Origin: Candidatus Aminicenantia bacterium
GTDB lineage: Bacteria > Acidobacteriota > Aminicenantia > UBA2199
Assembly: GCA_965225955.1 (NCBI GenBank)
Contig: CBDDBX010000015.1
Coordinates: 32,923 to 96,922, forward strand
DNA: 64,000 nucleotides
Reading direction: 5' to 3'
Shown: piece after piece, positions 9,054 to 18,304 of the stretch
How positions within the stretch are numbered: the stretch's first letter is position 1
Layout: every line of letters begins with the position of its first letter
Program-made: the position numbers and the translations under genes
The notes under the pieces: generated by a model
Told to the model about the DNA's origin: nothing
Database searches by the model: none
The model's input: only the letters and a program-made list of their open reading frames with translations

Positions 9054-10556
9054 ATGAAAAAGTATTTAGCACTATTGGTTGTTACGATTTTAATGGTTAG
9101 TTGTAGTAATGGCGTGGCTCATAAAGAGCCCGGAAGTGATGGGGGGCATCACCACGATGAAGTAAAGGTAAAAATTACCTCCTATTCAGGCAAGTTTGAG
9201 CTTTTTGCAGAAGCAGAGCCTTTTGTTAAAGGTAAAACTTCAGGTGTACTTGCTCATTTTACATGGCTAAAAGATTTCAAGCCTCTTATGAAAGGCAGAG
9301 TTACTCTGGTACTTGAATCCGGGGGAAAAGTAGTGAAAGTAACAGAGAATGAGCCTGCAAGACCCGGGATCTATCGTTTTAAAGTAACCCCTGCAGCAAT
9401 TGGAAAGGGTAAGATCAGTTTCATTACAGATACAGGAGATACTGTTGTTGCAGATAATCTTAAGGTCTATAAGAGTGAACATGATGCTGTTCACGGAGAG
9501 GAGGGGCATGGAGCTGATTCTCAGGGTATATCCTTTACAAAAGAGAGATCCTGGAAGATAGATTTTGCTACAGTACTTCCTGAAAGAGGGGCATTCAGAA
9601 AAGTAATAAGAACTGTGGCAAAGATAGAATCTTCTCAGGAAGATGAGGAGATAATCACTGCTAAAGGCAATGGTATTGTTACTTTCAGTGCTTCCCAGGT
9701 TCTTGAAGGTAAAGATCTGGCAAAAGGAGAAAAACTGTTTTCAATATCCGGTGGAGGTATTGTGGATAACAATATGGCTGTAAGATTTGGGAAAGCCAGA
9801 AACAATTACAATAGAGCCAGAGCCGATTATATGAGAGCAAAGGATCTTTATAAGGATCGTATCGTTTCAAAAAAGGAGTTCCTGAAGATAAAAAACAGTT
9901 TTGAGAATGCAGAAGTTGCTTTTAACAATCTCAACAAGAACCTTATGGAAAACGGACAGGTTGTAAAGGCTCCTTTTAAAGGTTTTGTTAAAAATATATA
10001 TGTACAGAACGGGCAGTTCGTCAGATCCGGTGAGCCTGTGCTTAAGGTTTCAAAAAACAGCAGGCTGCTTTTGAGAGGGGATGTGCGGCCTCAGTTTGCA
10101 GAAGATCTCAGCAGGATAGTATCTGCTAATATCAGGACAATGTATGATAATCGTCTCTATACTCTTGAAGAGCTGAATGGAAAGGTTGTCTCTTTTGGCA
10201 GAAGTGTAAATGAGCAGAACTACCTTATTCCTGTTAATCTTCAGATAGATAATGTAAAAAACCTCCTGCCTGGAGGATTTGTGGAGCTTTTTCTGAAAGC
10301 TGAAACTTCAGCAGACAGATTGAGTATCCCTCTGGAATCAGTAATGGAGAGTCAGGGTGTTTACTACGTTTTTGTTCAGATTGACCCGGAAATGTTTGAG
10401 AAGAGAGAGATTGTTACTGGTAGTAGTGATGGTGTCAGTATTGAAGTTATAAGCGGACTTAAAAGTCATGAACGGGTAATCAGTAAAGGAGCTGTCTGGG
10501 TGAAGCTGGCTCAGGCTTCAGGAGCTCTGGATGCTGAGTCAGGGCATGCCCATTAA
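9054..10556 (+). CDS. RND efflux membrane-fusion (periplasmic adaptor) lipoprotein, CusB-like
   Basis: I moved the start to 9054 (MKKYLALLVVTILMVSCSN, a lipobox-like signal; SD GAGGTG). HlyD-like coiled-coil and beta-barrel layout. His-rich stretches GGHHHDE, HGEEGHG and ESGHAH. Confidence 0.85.
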   Translation: MKKYLALLVVTILMVSCSNGVAHKEPGSDGGHHHDEVKVKITSYSGKFELFAEAEPFVKGKTSGVLAHFTWLKDFKPLMKGRVTLVLESGGKVVKVTENEPARPGIYRFKVTPAAIGKGKISFITDTGDTVVADNLKVYKSEHDAVHGEEGHGADSQGISFTKERSWKIDFATVLPERGAFRKVIRTVAKIESSQEDEEIITAKGNGIVTFSASQVLEGKDLAKGEKLFSISGGGIVDNNMAVRFGKARNNYNRARADYMRAKDLYKDRIVSKKEFLKIKNSFENAEVAFNNLNKNLMENGQVVKAPFKGFVKNIYVQNGQFVRSGEPVLKVSKNSRLLLRGDVRPQFAEDLSRIVSANIRTMYDNRLYTLEELNGKVVSFGRSVNEQNYLIPVNLQIDNVKNLLPGGFVELFLKAETSADRLSIPLESVMESQGVYYVFVQIDPEMFEKREIVTGSSDGVSIEVISGLKSHERVISKGAVWVKLAQASGALDAESGHAH

Positions 10557-10568
10557 GAGAGAATTACT

Positions 10569-13500
10569 ATGCTGAACAGAATAATAAAGTTCTCTCTTGA
10601 GAATAAATTTCTTGTACTACTGGCTGCAATTGTAGTTATGGTGGTGGGAGTACAGACAACAATCAGTATGGATGTGGATGTTTTCCCCGATCTCACTGCT
10701 CCCAAAGTAGTTGTTATGACAGATTCTCACGGAATGGCTGCAGAAGAGGTGGAAAGACTGGTAACTTTTCCTATTGAATCTGCTGTTAACGGAGCTACAG
10801 ATGTAAGACGTGTAAGATCCTCTTCTGCTCAGGGGTTCTCTTTTGTCTGGGTTGAGTTTGACTGGGGGACAGATATTTTTAAAGCCAGGCAGATTGTTAG
10901 TGAGAAGCTTAATACCGTTGCTTCCCGGATGCCTCTGGGAGTAGGGATGCCAATTCTTGCACCTCAGTCCAGTGTTATGGGGGAAGTTTTCTTTATCGGT
11001 ATTCAGGGAACTAAAACTTCAATGATGGAGCTGAGAACTATTGCTGACTGGAATATTAAACCCATTATTCTTGCTACAGAAGGTGTGGCACAGGTTACTG
11101 TAATAGGTGGAGAATATAAACAGTATCAGGTTCTTGCTGATCCACTTAAAATGGGGTTTTACGATGTCTCTCTGGAGGAGCTTGCAGATATATGCAAAAG
11201 TATGAGCCAGAACTCTTCCGGTGGTGTAGTCAGGCAGTACGGTAATGAGTATGTTGTAAGAGGAATGGCAAGAACTTCAAAACTTAAAGAGCTTGGTAAC
11301 TCCCTTATTAAATTGAGAAAAGGTAAATCTGTAAGAGTCAGGGATGTTGCAGAAGTAACTATAGCGGGAGCTCCCAAAATGGGGTATGCATCAGAAAATG
11401 CAGAGCCGGCTGTAATTGTATCTGTTTCCAAACAACCAAATACAAATACTCTGGAGCTTACTGAGAGAATTGAAGCAAAACTGGAAGAGCTTAAAAGAAC
11501 ACTACCATCAGATGTGAAACTTGACACTCATATTTTCCGACAGGCAGATTTCATAAGTAGTTCAATAAGTAATGTTAAACAGGCGATAATTGAAGGGTCG
11601 ATTTTCGTAATAATTGTACTCTTTATGTTTCTGGGAGGTTTCAGAACCACATTTATTTCACTTATTGCCATGCCGGTATCTCTTCTGGGCTCAATAATTG
11701 TTCTCAGTAAACTGGGACTGAATATCAATACAATGAGTCTTGGAGGTATGGCTATCGCAATTGGTGCTCTGGTGGATGATGCGATTATTGATGTGGAGAA
11801 TGTCTATAAGAGGCTGAAGCAGAATGTATTAAAGCCGGTTGCAGAGAGAGCCTCTGCTTTTTCTGTGGTGTTTGAGGCGTCAAAGGAGATCAGAGCATCG
11901 ATTCTGAATGCAACACTTATAATAATTGTTGCATTTATTCCTCTCTTTTTTCTCTCAGGCATGGAAGGCAGGATGCTTAAACCTCTGGGGATATCATTTA
12001 TCGTATCCCTCTTTATATCTCTTATTGTGGCAATGACTATTACTCCAATTCTATGCCAGCTGTTTTTATCAAAGGAGTCTTATCTGAAAAGATCTGATCG
12101 TGAACCCTGGGTTACCAGAAAGCTTACCTCGGGTTATCGTAAGAGTCTTGGGTGGTCATTAGATCATAAAAAAACTGTGGTTTTTGTAGCTTTGGCTCTC
12201 TTTATTGTATCACTGATCACTTTTTCTACTTTTGGAAGAAGTTTTCTGCCGGAGTTTAATGAAGGTTCTCTTACTCTTTCTGTTATATGTAAGCCTGGAA
12301 CATCTCTTGAAGAGAGTAACAGACTGGGAAATCTTGTGGAGAGAGAGCTGCTGAATATTCCTGAAATAACCAGTACTGCAAGACGTACAGGACGGGGAGA
12401 GCTTGATGAGCATGCCCAGACTGTTAACAGTGCTGAAGTGGATGTGAATTTTGTTCTTAAAGAGAGGAGCCGGGAAGAGTTCATGCATATTGTGAGAGAG
12501 ACTCTTGCGGATATACCTGAAATAGCAGTAACAGTAGGGCAACCTCTGGGGCACCGTATTGACCATATGTTATCAGGTACGAGAGCCAATATAGCTGTTA
12601 AGATCTTTGGTTCTGATCTGCAGAAGCTGTTTCAGATAGGTAATAGTATTAAAGATGCTGTGGATGGGGTTGAAGGAATGGTGGATCTGACTGTTGAGCA
12701 GCAGATTGAAACGCCCCAGATACAGGTAAGAGCTAACCGGGAAATGCTGGCAGCTTATGGAATTACTATTGAGGAGTTTAATGAGTTTATAGATATATCT
12801 TTTGGTGGAGAAAAACTTTCTGATATATATGAAGGGCAGAAGAGGTTTGATCTTGTTTTAAGACTTAACAGTAACTACACCAGAACTATTGACGGGATAA
12901 AATCGGCACTTATAGATACTTCAGATGGTCGTAAAGTGGCTGTAGAGCAGGTGGCAGATGTTGTTTCTGTAGCTGGCCCCAGCACAATCAGCAGGGAGAA
13001 TGTCCAGAGAAAGGTGGTGGTTTCTGCTAATGTGTCGGGTAGGGATCTGCGCAGTGTTGTTCAGGATATTCAGAACCGAATTGAGAGCCGGGTCAATCTT
13101 CCCCGGGGATATCGCGTTGAATATGGTGGTCAGTTTGAGAGTGAAGCAAGAGCATCAAAGATATTACTACTGACATCGGTTATTTCGATTATCTTAATCT
13201 TCCTGCTTCTCTATGTTGAGTTTAATCACTACAAACTGGCGGGAATTATTCTTCTGAATCTTCCTCTTGCTCTTATAGGAGGAATATTCTCCATATATCT
13301 TACCTCTGGAGTATTAAGTATTCCGGCTATTATAGGATTTATAACCCTGTTTGGTATTGCTACAAGAAACGGAATTCTTCTTATTTCAAACTATAAGACT
13401 CTTCTGAAGAGAGGTGTATCTATTGCTGAAACTATCACAATGGGATCTGTAGACAGACTTAATCCTATTCTTATGACTGCTCTGACCTCAACACTGGCGC

Positions 13501-13670
13501 TTATTCCTCTTACTCTAAAAGGTGATCTTTCGGGAAATGAGATTCAGAGTCCCATGGCAACAGTTATTCTGGGAGGACTGCTGACTTCAACTCTCCTGAA
13601 TATATATTTCATTCCTGTTGTATACAGCCTTCTCTATAAACACGGCTTTCTTAAACTGGAGGAAAAATAA
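10569..13670 (+). CDS. cusA: Heavy-metal-efflux RND transporter, CusA-type
   Basis: 1033 aa with a 12-TM AcrB/CzcA architecture. The TM4 signature AIGALVDDAIIDVEN resembles the CusA A-x-G-x-x-VD-x-AI-x-x-x-EN pattern rather than the CzcA DFG-DGA-VEN pattern. Confidence 0.92.
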   Translation: MLNRIIKFSLENKFLVLLAAIVVMVVGVQTTISMDVDVFPDLTAPKVVVMTDSHGMAAEEVERLVTFPIESAVNGATDVRRVRSSSAQGFSFVWVEFDWGTDIFKARQIVSEKLNTVASRMPLGVGMPILAPQSSVMGEVFFIGIQGTKTSMMELRTIADWNIKPIILATEGVAQVTVIGGEYKQYQVLADPLKMGFYDVSLEELADICKSMSQNSSGGVVRQYGNEYVVRGMARTSKLKELGNSLIKLRKGKSVRVRDVAEVTIAGAPKMGYASENAEPAVIVSVSKQPNTNTLELTERIEAKLEELKRTLPSDVKLDTHIFRQADFISSSISNVKQAIIEGSIFVIIVLFMFLGGFRTTFISLIAMPVSLLGSIIVLSKLGLNINTMSLGGMAIAIGALVDDAIIDVENVYKRLKQNVLKPVAERASAFSVVFEASKEIRASILNATLIIIVAFIPLFFLSGMEGRMLKPLGISFIVSLFISLIVAMTITPILCQLFLSKESYLKRSDREPWVTRKLTSGYRKSLGWSLDHKKTVVFVALALFIVSLITFSTFGRSFLPEFNEGSLTLSVICKPGTSLEESNRLGNLVERELLNIPEITSTARRTGRGELDEHAQTVNSAEVDVNFVLKERSREEFMHIVRETLADIPEIAVTVGQPLGHRIDHMLSGTRANIAVKIFGSDLQKLFQIGNSIKDAVDGVEGMVDLTVEQQIETPQIQVRANREMLAAYGITIEEFNEFIDISFGGEKLSDIYEGQKRFDLVLRLNSNYTRTIDGIKSALIDTSDGRKVAVEQVADVVSVAGPSTISRENVQRKVVVSANVSGRDLRSVVQDIQNRIESRVNLPRGYRVEYGGQFESEARASKILLLTSVISIILIFLLLYVEFNHYKLAGIILLNLPLALIGGIFSIYLTSGVLSIPAIIGFITLFGIATRNGILLISNYKTLLKRGVSIAETITMGSVDRLNPILMTALTSTLALIPLTLKGDLSGNEIQSPMATVILGGLLTSTLLNIYFIPVVYSLLYKHGFLKLEEK

Positions 13671-14851
13671 TGAGATTTTTACTGATAACTATTCTGGCTA
13701 TCCTCCCTGGCCTTGCTTATGCTCAGGAGAGTGTTGATAAGGCTCTCAGGGATATAGCAGAAAATAACAGAACTCTTAAAGCTCTTTATAAGAAGAGGAA
13801 GGCTGAAAAGAGAGGGGCAATGACGGGAATATATCCAGTGAACCCTGAAGTGGAACTGGGGTTTCTTAAAGCATCCCCGGGGAATCTGAGTAAAAGAACA
13901 GATCTTAAAGTAACTCAGAGTTTCGATTTTCCATTAGCTTATATCTACAAACGAAAAGCAGGAACTGCTGCGGGGAATAAGATTGAGTGGCAGTGGAAGC
14001 TGGAGAAGAAGAATCTGCTTTTTAAGGCGAGATTGATTTGTCTTGATCTGATTTTCACCAATGCCATGGAGAGAGAACTGGGACGAAGGATGGAGCAGGC
14101 AGAACAGATCGCTTCTGCTGTTAAATCCCGGTTTTCCCGGGGAGAGGCCAATATTCTGGAGCTTAATAAGGTGAAACTTAATCTTCTTAATGTAAGAAAA
14201 GAGGTGGAACTCAACCGTATCCAGCGGGAAGCTCTGAAAGCCGACCTTAAACAGATGAATGGAGGAAAAGATATTATTATTACAGATACTGGATTTACTC
14301 TCTCTGTATTAAGCAGAGGCTTTAAGGAGTGGTACAAGGTCGCTGAATCCAATAATGTTGAGTTGCAGTTATTGAGAAGTGAGGTGGTTCGTATGAGAGC
14401 CAGAGTGAAACTTGAGAGAGCATTGAGTCTGCCTAAGTTCTCTATAGGTTATATGAGTGAGTCTGCTGGAGGAGAATCTTACAAAGGTGCAACAGTGGGA
14501 GTATCTGTTCCACTGTTTGAACATAAAAACCGTGTTAAGTCTGCAAAAGCAGGAGCTGAAGCTGCGGAACAGATTGTGATTGCAGATAAGATGCTGTTTT
14601 ATAACCGTATGGAGGCTCAGTATCGTAAAGTTGTTGCAATTGGAGAATCTGTCAGGAATTACAGAAAGCTTCTTGCTGAACTGGATCATAGTGAACTTCT
14701 TAAGAAAGCGATGGATAAAGGCGAGATCTCTCTGCCTGAGTATATTTTTGAGCTGTCTCAGTATAATGAGAGCAGAACCCGGCTGATTGAAGCAGAAAGA
14801 GAGTATGGAAAGGCTATGGCGGTGCTTAAGAGTTATTCTGATAAATTTTAA
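13670..14851 (+). CDS. Outer-membrane efflux factor (TolC/CusC-like)
   Basis: 393 aa. Its start overlaps the stop of the pump gene (TAATG). Signal peptide ends ...PGLAYAQ. Two-repeat coiled-coil composition typical of OEP-family proteins. Confidence 0.8.
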   Translation: MRFLLITILAILPGLAYAQESVDKALRDIAENNRTLKALYKKRKAEKRGAMTGIYPVNPEVELGFLKASPGNLSKRTDLKVTQSFDFPLAYIYKRKAGTAAGNKIEWQWKLEKKNLLFKARLICLDLIFTNAMERELGRRMEQAEQIASAVKSRFSRGEANILELNKVKLNLLNVRKEVELNRIQREALKADLKQMNGGKDIIITDTGFTLSVLSRGFKEWYKVAESNNVELQLLRSEVVRMRARVKLERALSLPKFSIGYMSESAGGESYKGATVGVSVPLFEHKNRVKSAKAGAEAAEQIVIADKMLFYNRMEAQYRKVVAIGESVRNYRKLLAELDHSELLKKAMDKGEISLPEYIFELSQYNESRTRLIEAEREYGKAMAVLKSYSDKF

Positions 14852-14871
14852 ATAGATGTTTTCCTGAACCG

Positions 14872-14892
14872 GAGCAGGGGGTGTCCCTGCTC
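14872..14892 (+). terminator. Intrinsic terminator after the RND efflux operon
   Basis: GAGCAGGG-GGTGT-CCCTGCTC hairpin lies 20 nt after the stop, followed by TGTCTTTAT. Confidence 0.6.
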
Positions 14893-15259
14893 TGTCTTTA
14901 TATGAAAAATCAATATCCGGTTATTCCTTCTATATCGGTATATCTTAGTACCCCCCATTTAGAATGGATTGTTTGTTTATTGAGTCTTTTTGATAACAGG
15001 GTGGCTTCTCACCACCCTGTTCTTATCTTAAAGTGCAAACTGACACTGACTATCACGGACTGACAGGTGTGTTAAATGAAGTGTTGTATTTCCTGCCTTT
15101 CTGTTATCACCTGTAAATGTCTCTGTTTGTTAATACTTGTCTGTGTTCTTTGTGTTGCCTGCTAACAGATTCACTGTCTTCCCGGATCTTTAAGGCTGAT
15201 CCTGTATAAAAAGTTTTTTATGAGTTGTTAATTACTCCTGTTTGAGTTAAAAGTGATGT

Positions 15260-15856
15260 ATGAAGAGTTTTATTGCTGTTTTGTTACTGGTTTTAGCTTT
15301 ATGGTTTTTTGCTTTCAGAGAAGATAGTGTGGAACTGGGACCCGGGGTAAAGGTAAGTGAAGTGCCGGTTCAGGGGCCCATTAAAGGTATAAAAGCTTTT
15401 GCTTTCAGAGGTTACAGAATTATTCCTAAAGCAGGATTTATTGTTAAAGGGAAAGTCCTTAGTCGGGAGAATTACTATTCTGACAGGAATTCAGAAATAT
15501 CACCTCTGGATATTGCTCTTGGATGGGGACGGATGTCTGACGAAAAGGTTCTTGATAAAATTGATATAAGTCAGGGAGGTCGGTGGTATCGCTGGTATAC
15601 TGATAATTTTCCTATTCCCAGACGTGAGATAGAAACCTGTAGTGCCAACATGCATATGATTCCTTCAACTCCCGGAATAGAGAAAGAGCTTCAGCAGATA
15701 AGAAAAGGTGATATTGTAAGAATTACAGGAATGCTTGTTAATGTTGAGGGAAGGAACAATTACAGGTGGAACAGTTCTTTAACCCGTAATGATACTGGAG
15801 ATGGGGCCTGTGAGATTATTTTTGTTACCAGAGTGGATATTCTGGAAACCAGATAG
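15260..15856 (+). CDS. Hypothetical membrane-anchored protein
   Basis: 198-aa ORF with an N-terminal anchor (MKSFIAVLLLVLALWFFAF). The soluble domain has conserved-looking blocks (SPLDIALGWGRMSD, SANMHMIP, NDTGDGACEII). I recognise no family. Confidence 0.5.
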   Translation: MKSFIAVLLLVLALWFFAFREDSVELGPGVKVSEVPVQGPIKGIKAFAFRGYRIIPKAGFIVKGKVLSRENYYSDRNSEISPLDIALGWGRMSDEKVLDKIDISQGGRWYRWYTDNFPIPRREIETCSANMHMIPSTPGIEKELQQIRKGDIVRITGMLVNVEGRNNYRWNSSLTRNDTGDGACEIIFVTRVDILETR

Positions 15857-15909
15857 ACAAGAGATTTTATAATATTCTGTTCCTTTATTTGATATTGTAT
15901 GATACTTAA

Positions 15910-15938
15910 TTGAAACTTGTGTGCGGGACTGGTATACT
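15910..15938 (+). promoter_or_regulatory. Candidate sigma-70 promoter of the graspetide operon
   Basis: TTGAAA (15910-15915), a 17-nt spacer, then TATACT (15933-15938), about 100 nt upstream of the first ATP-grasp gene. Confidence 0.4.
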
Positions 15939-16041
15939 GAATCTTAAACAGCAGATATAACAGGGGGCCTCTTAAGGGTTTTATGAGAGGATGTCTGGTT
16001 AACATGAAGTTGTTGCTGCTGTATGGGGAGTTTTAGAAGTT

Positions 16042-17016
16042 ATGTGCAGGAAAATACTGTGTATTACTCACAGTGAGGATTATTATGTTGTTGACAGAGT
16101 TATGGGCGCTCTTGAGAAAGAGGGACTGGAACCTGTAAGAGTCGATTCAGACGGTTTCCCGGAATCAATTAAATTAAATACTGCTTTTATCAGTGGTAAA
16201 GGTAATTCCACTATTACAGTTGAAGGGCAGAATATTGAAGTTGCTGATATTGGTGGTGTATGGCTCAGGAAACTTAGAATAGGTAAGCCGGCTGAAGATC
16301 TGGACCATAGATACAGAGCAAGCTGTATGAGAGAGACAGATGCAAGCCTCAGAGGCTGGATGAGTAGCCTGTATCACCTGCCCTGGATGGATCTGCCTGA
16401 AATTTCTGTCAGAGGGGAAAATAAGATGTTGCAGTTAAGGGAAGCTGTTTCTGCAGGATTTGATATACCAGATACAATTACAGGTAATGAACCATCTGCA
16501 GTAAGAGATTTTTTTAACAGATGTGAAGGTAGAGTTGTTACCAAAATGCTCACTGCAGTTAGTGCGAGTATGGATGGATCAACACCTTTTATGTACACCA
16601 GCAGAGTTGAAGAGAAAGATCTTGAAGATCTGGACAGTCTTAAATACTGTCCAATGATTTTTCAGGAACTGGTGGAGAAAGAGTGTGAGTTAAGGGTTAT
16701 CTATGTAGATGGTGAAATTTTTACTGGTGCAATAGATGCCTCAAATAGTCTGAGAGGGAAAGTTGACTGGAGACTTGCAGCAACAGGAGAGTGTTGCTGG
16801 GTACATAGTGACCTGCCGAATGGAGTTAAAGATACTCTTCGTAAATTTATGAAGAGTATGGGACTGAGATATGGGGCTGTAGATATAATCAGAACTCCTG
16901 ATGAGAAGTATATTTTTCTTGAAGTTAATCCCGGAGGGGAGTGGGGAATGCTTGAAAAGTTTCTGGAATATCCTGTTTCAGTGGCAATTGCAAAATCGTT
17001 TAAAAAGAGGTTATAG
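16042..17016 (+). CDS. Graspetide ATP-grasp ligase, MdnB/MvdC-like (putative omega-amide ligase)
   Basis: 324 aa. Blocks ILCITHSEDYYVVDRV, VWLRK, ENKMLQLREA, YCPMIFQE, ELRVIYVDGEIFTGAI, VDWR, YGAVDIIRTPDEKYIFLEVNPGGEWGMLE match my recollection of the MdnB/MvdC type. Confidence 0.85.
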   Translation: MCRKILCITHSEDYYVVDRVMGALEKEGLEPVRVDSDGFPESIKLNTAFISGKGNSTITVEGQNIEVADIGGVWLRKLRIGKPAEDLDHRYRASCMRETDASLRGWMSSLYHLPWMDLPEISVRGENKMLQLREAVSAGFDIPDTITGNEPSAVRDFFNRCEGRVVTKMLTAVSASMDGSTPFMYTSRVEEKDLEDLDSLKYCPMIFQELVEKECELRVIYVDGEIFTGAIDASNSLRGKVDWRLAATGECCWVHSDLPNGVKDTLRKFMKSMGLRYGAVDIIRTPDEKYIFLEVNPGGEWGMLEKFLEYPVSVAIAKSFKKRL

Positions 17017-17019
17017 ATA

Positions 17020-18000
17020 ATGAGAGTATTAGTTGTTACCCATAGTAATGATAACGAATCTGTGGAGATGGTGGGGAAAGAGATTGAAGCACTTGGAGGA
17101 GAGGTTGTCCGGTTTAATAGTGATGAGTTTCCTGTTTCTGTAAAACTTGAAGCCGGGTATTCAGATTCTGGTACAGATCTCTATATGGAAAACAGTGAAG
17201 GTCGATGGAACCTTTCGGAAATAGATGCTGTATGGTACAGAAGATTAAGTCTGGGTGGGAAACTACCTGGGGACCTTGGTGAAGATATTATAAGACCATC
17301 AGTAGAGGAATCCAGAAGGTTGTTCGTAGGACTTCTGGAGTCTATGGATGTCTTTACAATGAATAGTTACCACTCAGTTAGATATTCAGAAAATAAACTG
17401 CTTCAGCTGAAAGTTGCGGGAGAGCTGGGACTTAATGTACCGGATACAGTAGTTACAAACAGTCCGGGAGCAGTAAGGGAACTGTCTGGCAGATGTAAAG
17501 ATGGGATTATTACCAAAATGCAGTCCTCTTTTGCTCTTTACAGAAATGGTGAGGAGCATGTTGTCTTTACAAATAAAGTTTCTGCTGATGATATGGAGCA
17601 TCTGAATGACCTGAAATACTGCCCAATGATATTTCAGGAGAAGCTGGATAATATACAGGAGTTAAGAGTAACTATTGTGGGGGATCAGATTTTTGCAGCT
17701 TCCATTGATCCTGCTCTGAGGAGAGGTGCTGAGGTGGACTGGCGCAAAAAAGGGGCAGAGCTGATAAATGACTGGAAGCCTTATGAATTGCCGGAAGATA
17801 TTAAAGTTAAACTCCTGAAATTTATGGACTATTTTAAGATCAATTACGGGGCTATGGATATAATTGTAACACCTGAAGGTAAGTATGTTTTTCTGGAGAA
17901 CAATCCCGGAGGGGAGTTCTTCTGGCTGGACAGGTGCGCAGGACTGCCGATTGCCGGGGCAATAGCTTCAGTTCTTATGGATAGAAGTTACAGACGTTGA
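17020..18000 (+). CDS. Graspetide ATP-grasp ligase, MdnC/MvdD-like (putative omega-ester ligase)
   Basis: 326 aa. Blocks VLVVTHSNDNES, AVWYRR, ENKLLQLKVA, IITKM, YCPMIFQE, ELRVTIVGDQIFAASI, DWRKKG, YGAMDIIVTPEGKYVFLENNPGGEFFWL closely follow the MdnC pattern as I recall it. Confidence 0.88.
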   Translation: MRVLVVTHSNDNESVEMVGKEIEALGGEVVRFNSDEFPVSVKLEAGYSDSGTDLYMENSEGRWNLSEIDAVWYRRLSLGGKLPGDLGEDIIRPSVEESRRLFVGLLESMDVFTMNSYHSVRYSENKLLQLKVAGELGLNVPDTVVTNSPGAVRELSGRCKDGIITKMQSSFALYRNGEEHVVFTNKVSADDMEHLNDLKYCPMIFQEKLDNIQELRVTIVGDQIFAASIDPALRRGAEVDWRKKGAELINDWKPYELPEDIKVKLLKFMDYFKINYGAMDIIVTPEGKYVFLENNPGGEFFWLDRCAGLPIAGAIASVLMDRSYRR

Positions 18001-18026
18001 GAATTTAAAAAATATAGGAGGGAAAA

Positions 18027-18275
18027 ATGGAAAACAAAAAAAGACCATTTTTTGCACGTTTTCTTGAGAATCAGGTTTCAGAGGATAAGATGGAAGGAAC
18101 CAGTGGTGGTGCAACCAGCAAATATCCTTCAGACACTGATGAGAGTATTCTTGGTGATATGCTTAAAGAGAAGCAGGATATTGTTGTAAAGGCGACTAAC
18201 AAGTATCCATCTGATAGTGATGAAACAGTTACCATGAAATATCCATCAGACCATGATGAACATATGGAAATGTAG
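18027..18275 (+). CDS. Microviridin-class graspetide precursor with three core motifs
   Basis: 82 aa with a strong SD (AGGAGGG at 18016-18022). Leader motif PFFARFL at 18045-18065. Cores TSKYPSDTDE (18114-18143), TNKYPSDSDE (18195-18224) and TMKYPSDHDE (18231-18260). Confidence 0.9.
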   Translation: MENKKRPFFARFLENQVSEDKMEGTSGGATSKYPSDTDESILGDMLKEKQDIVVKATNKYPSDSDETVTMKYPSDHDEHMEM

Positions 18276-18304
18276 CTTTATCAGTTAACTCATTTACAAT
18301 CTAT

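Noticed and set aside
11159-12589. Several minus-strand ORFs of 66-141 aa inside the CusA-type pump gene (11159-11527, 11528-11728, 12164-12589, 12210-12566)
   Set aside because: They lie entirely antisense to a 1033-aa ORF with clear RND-family features. They have Ser/Leu-rich, low-complexity translations typical of shadow ORFs and no SD.
14881-15063. 60-aa plus-strand ORF after the efflux operon
   Set aside because: It begins at a GTG inside the terminator hairpin, has no SD and spans a second hairpin (14995-15021). The region is most likely non-coding.
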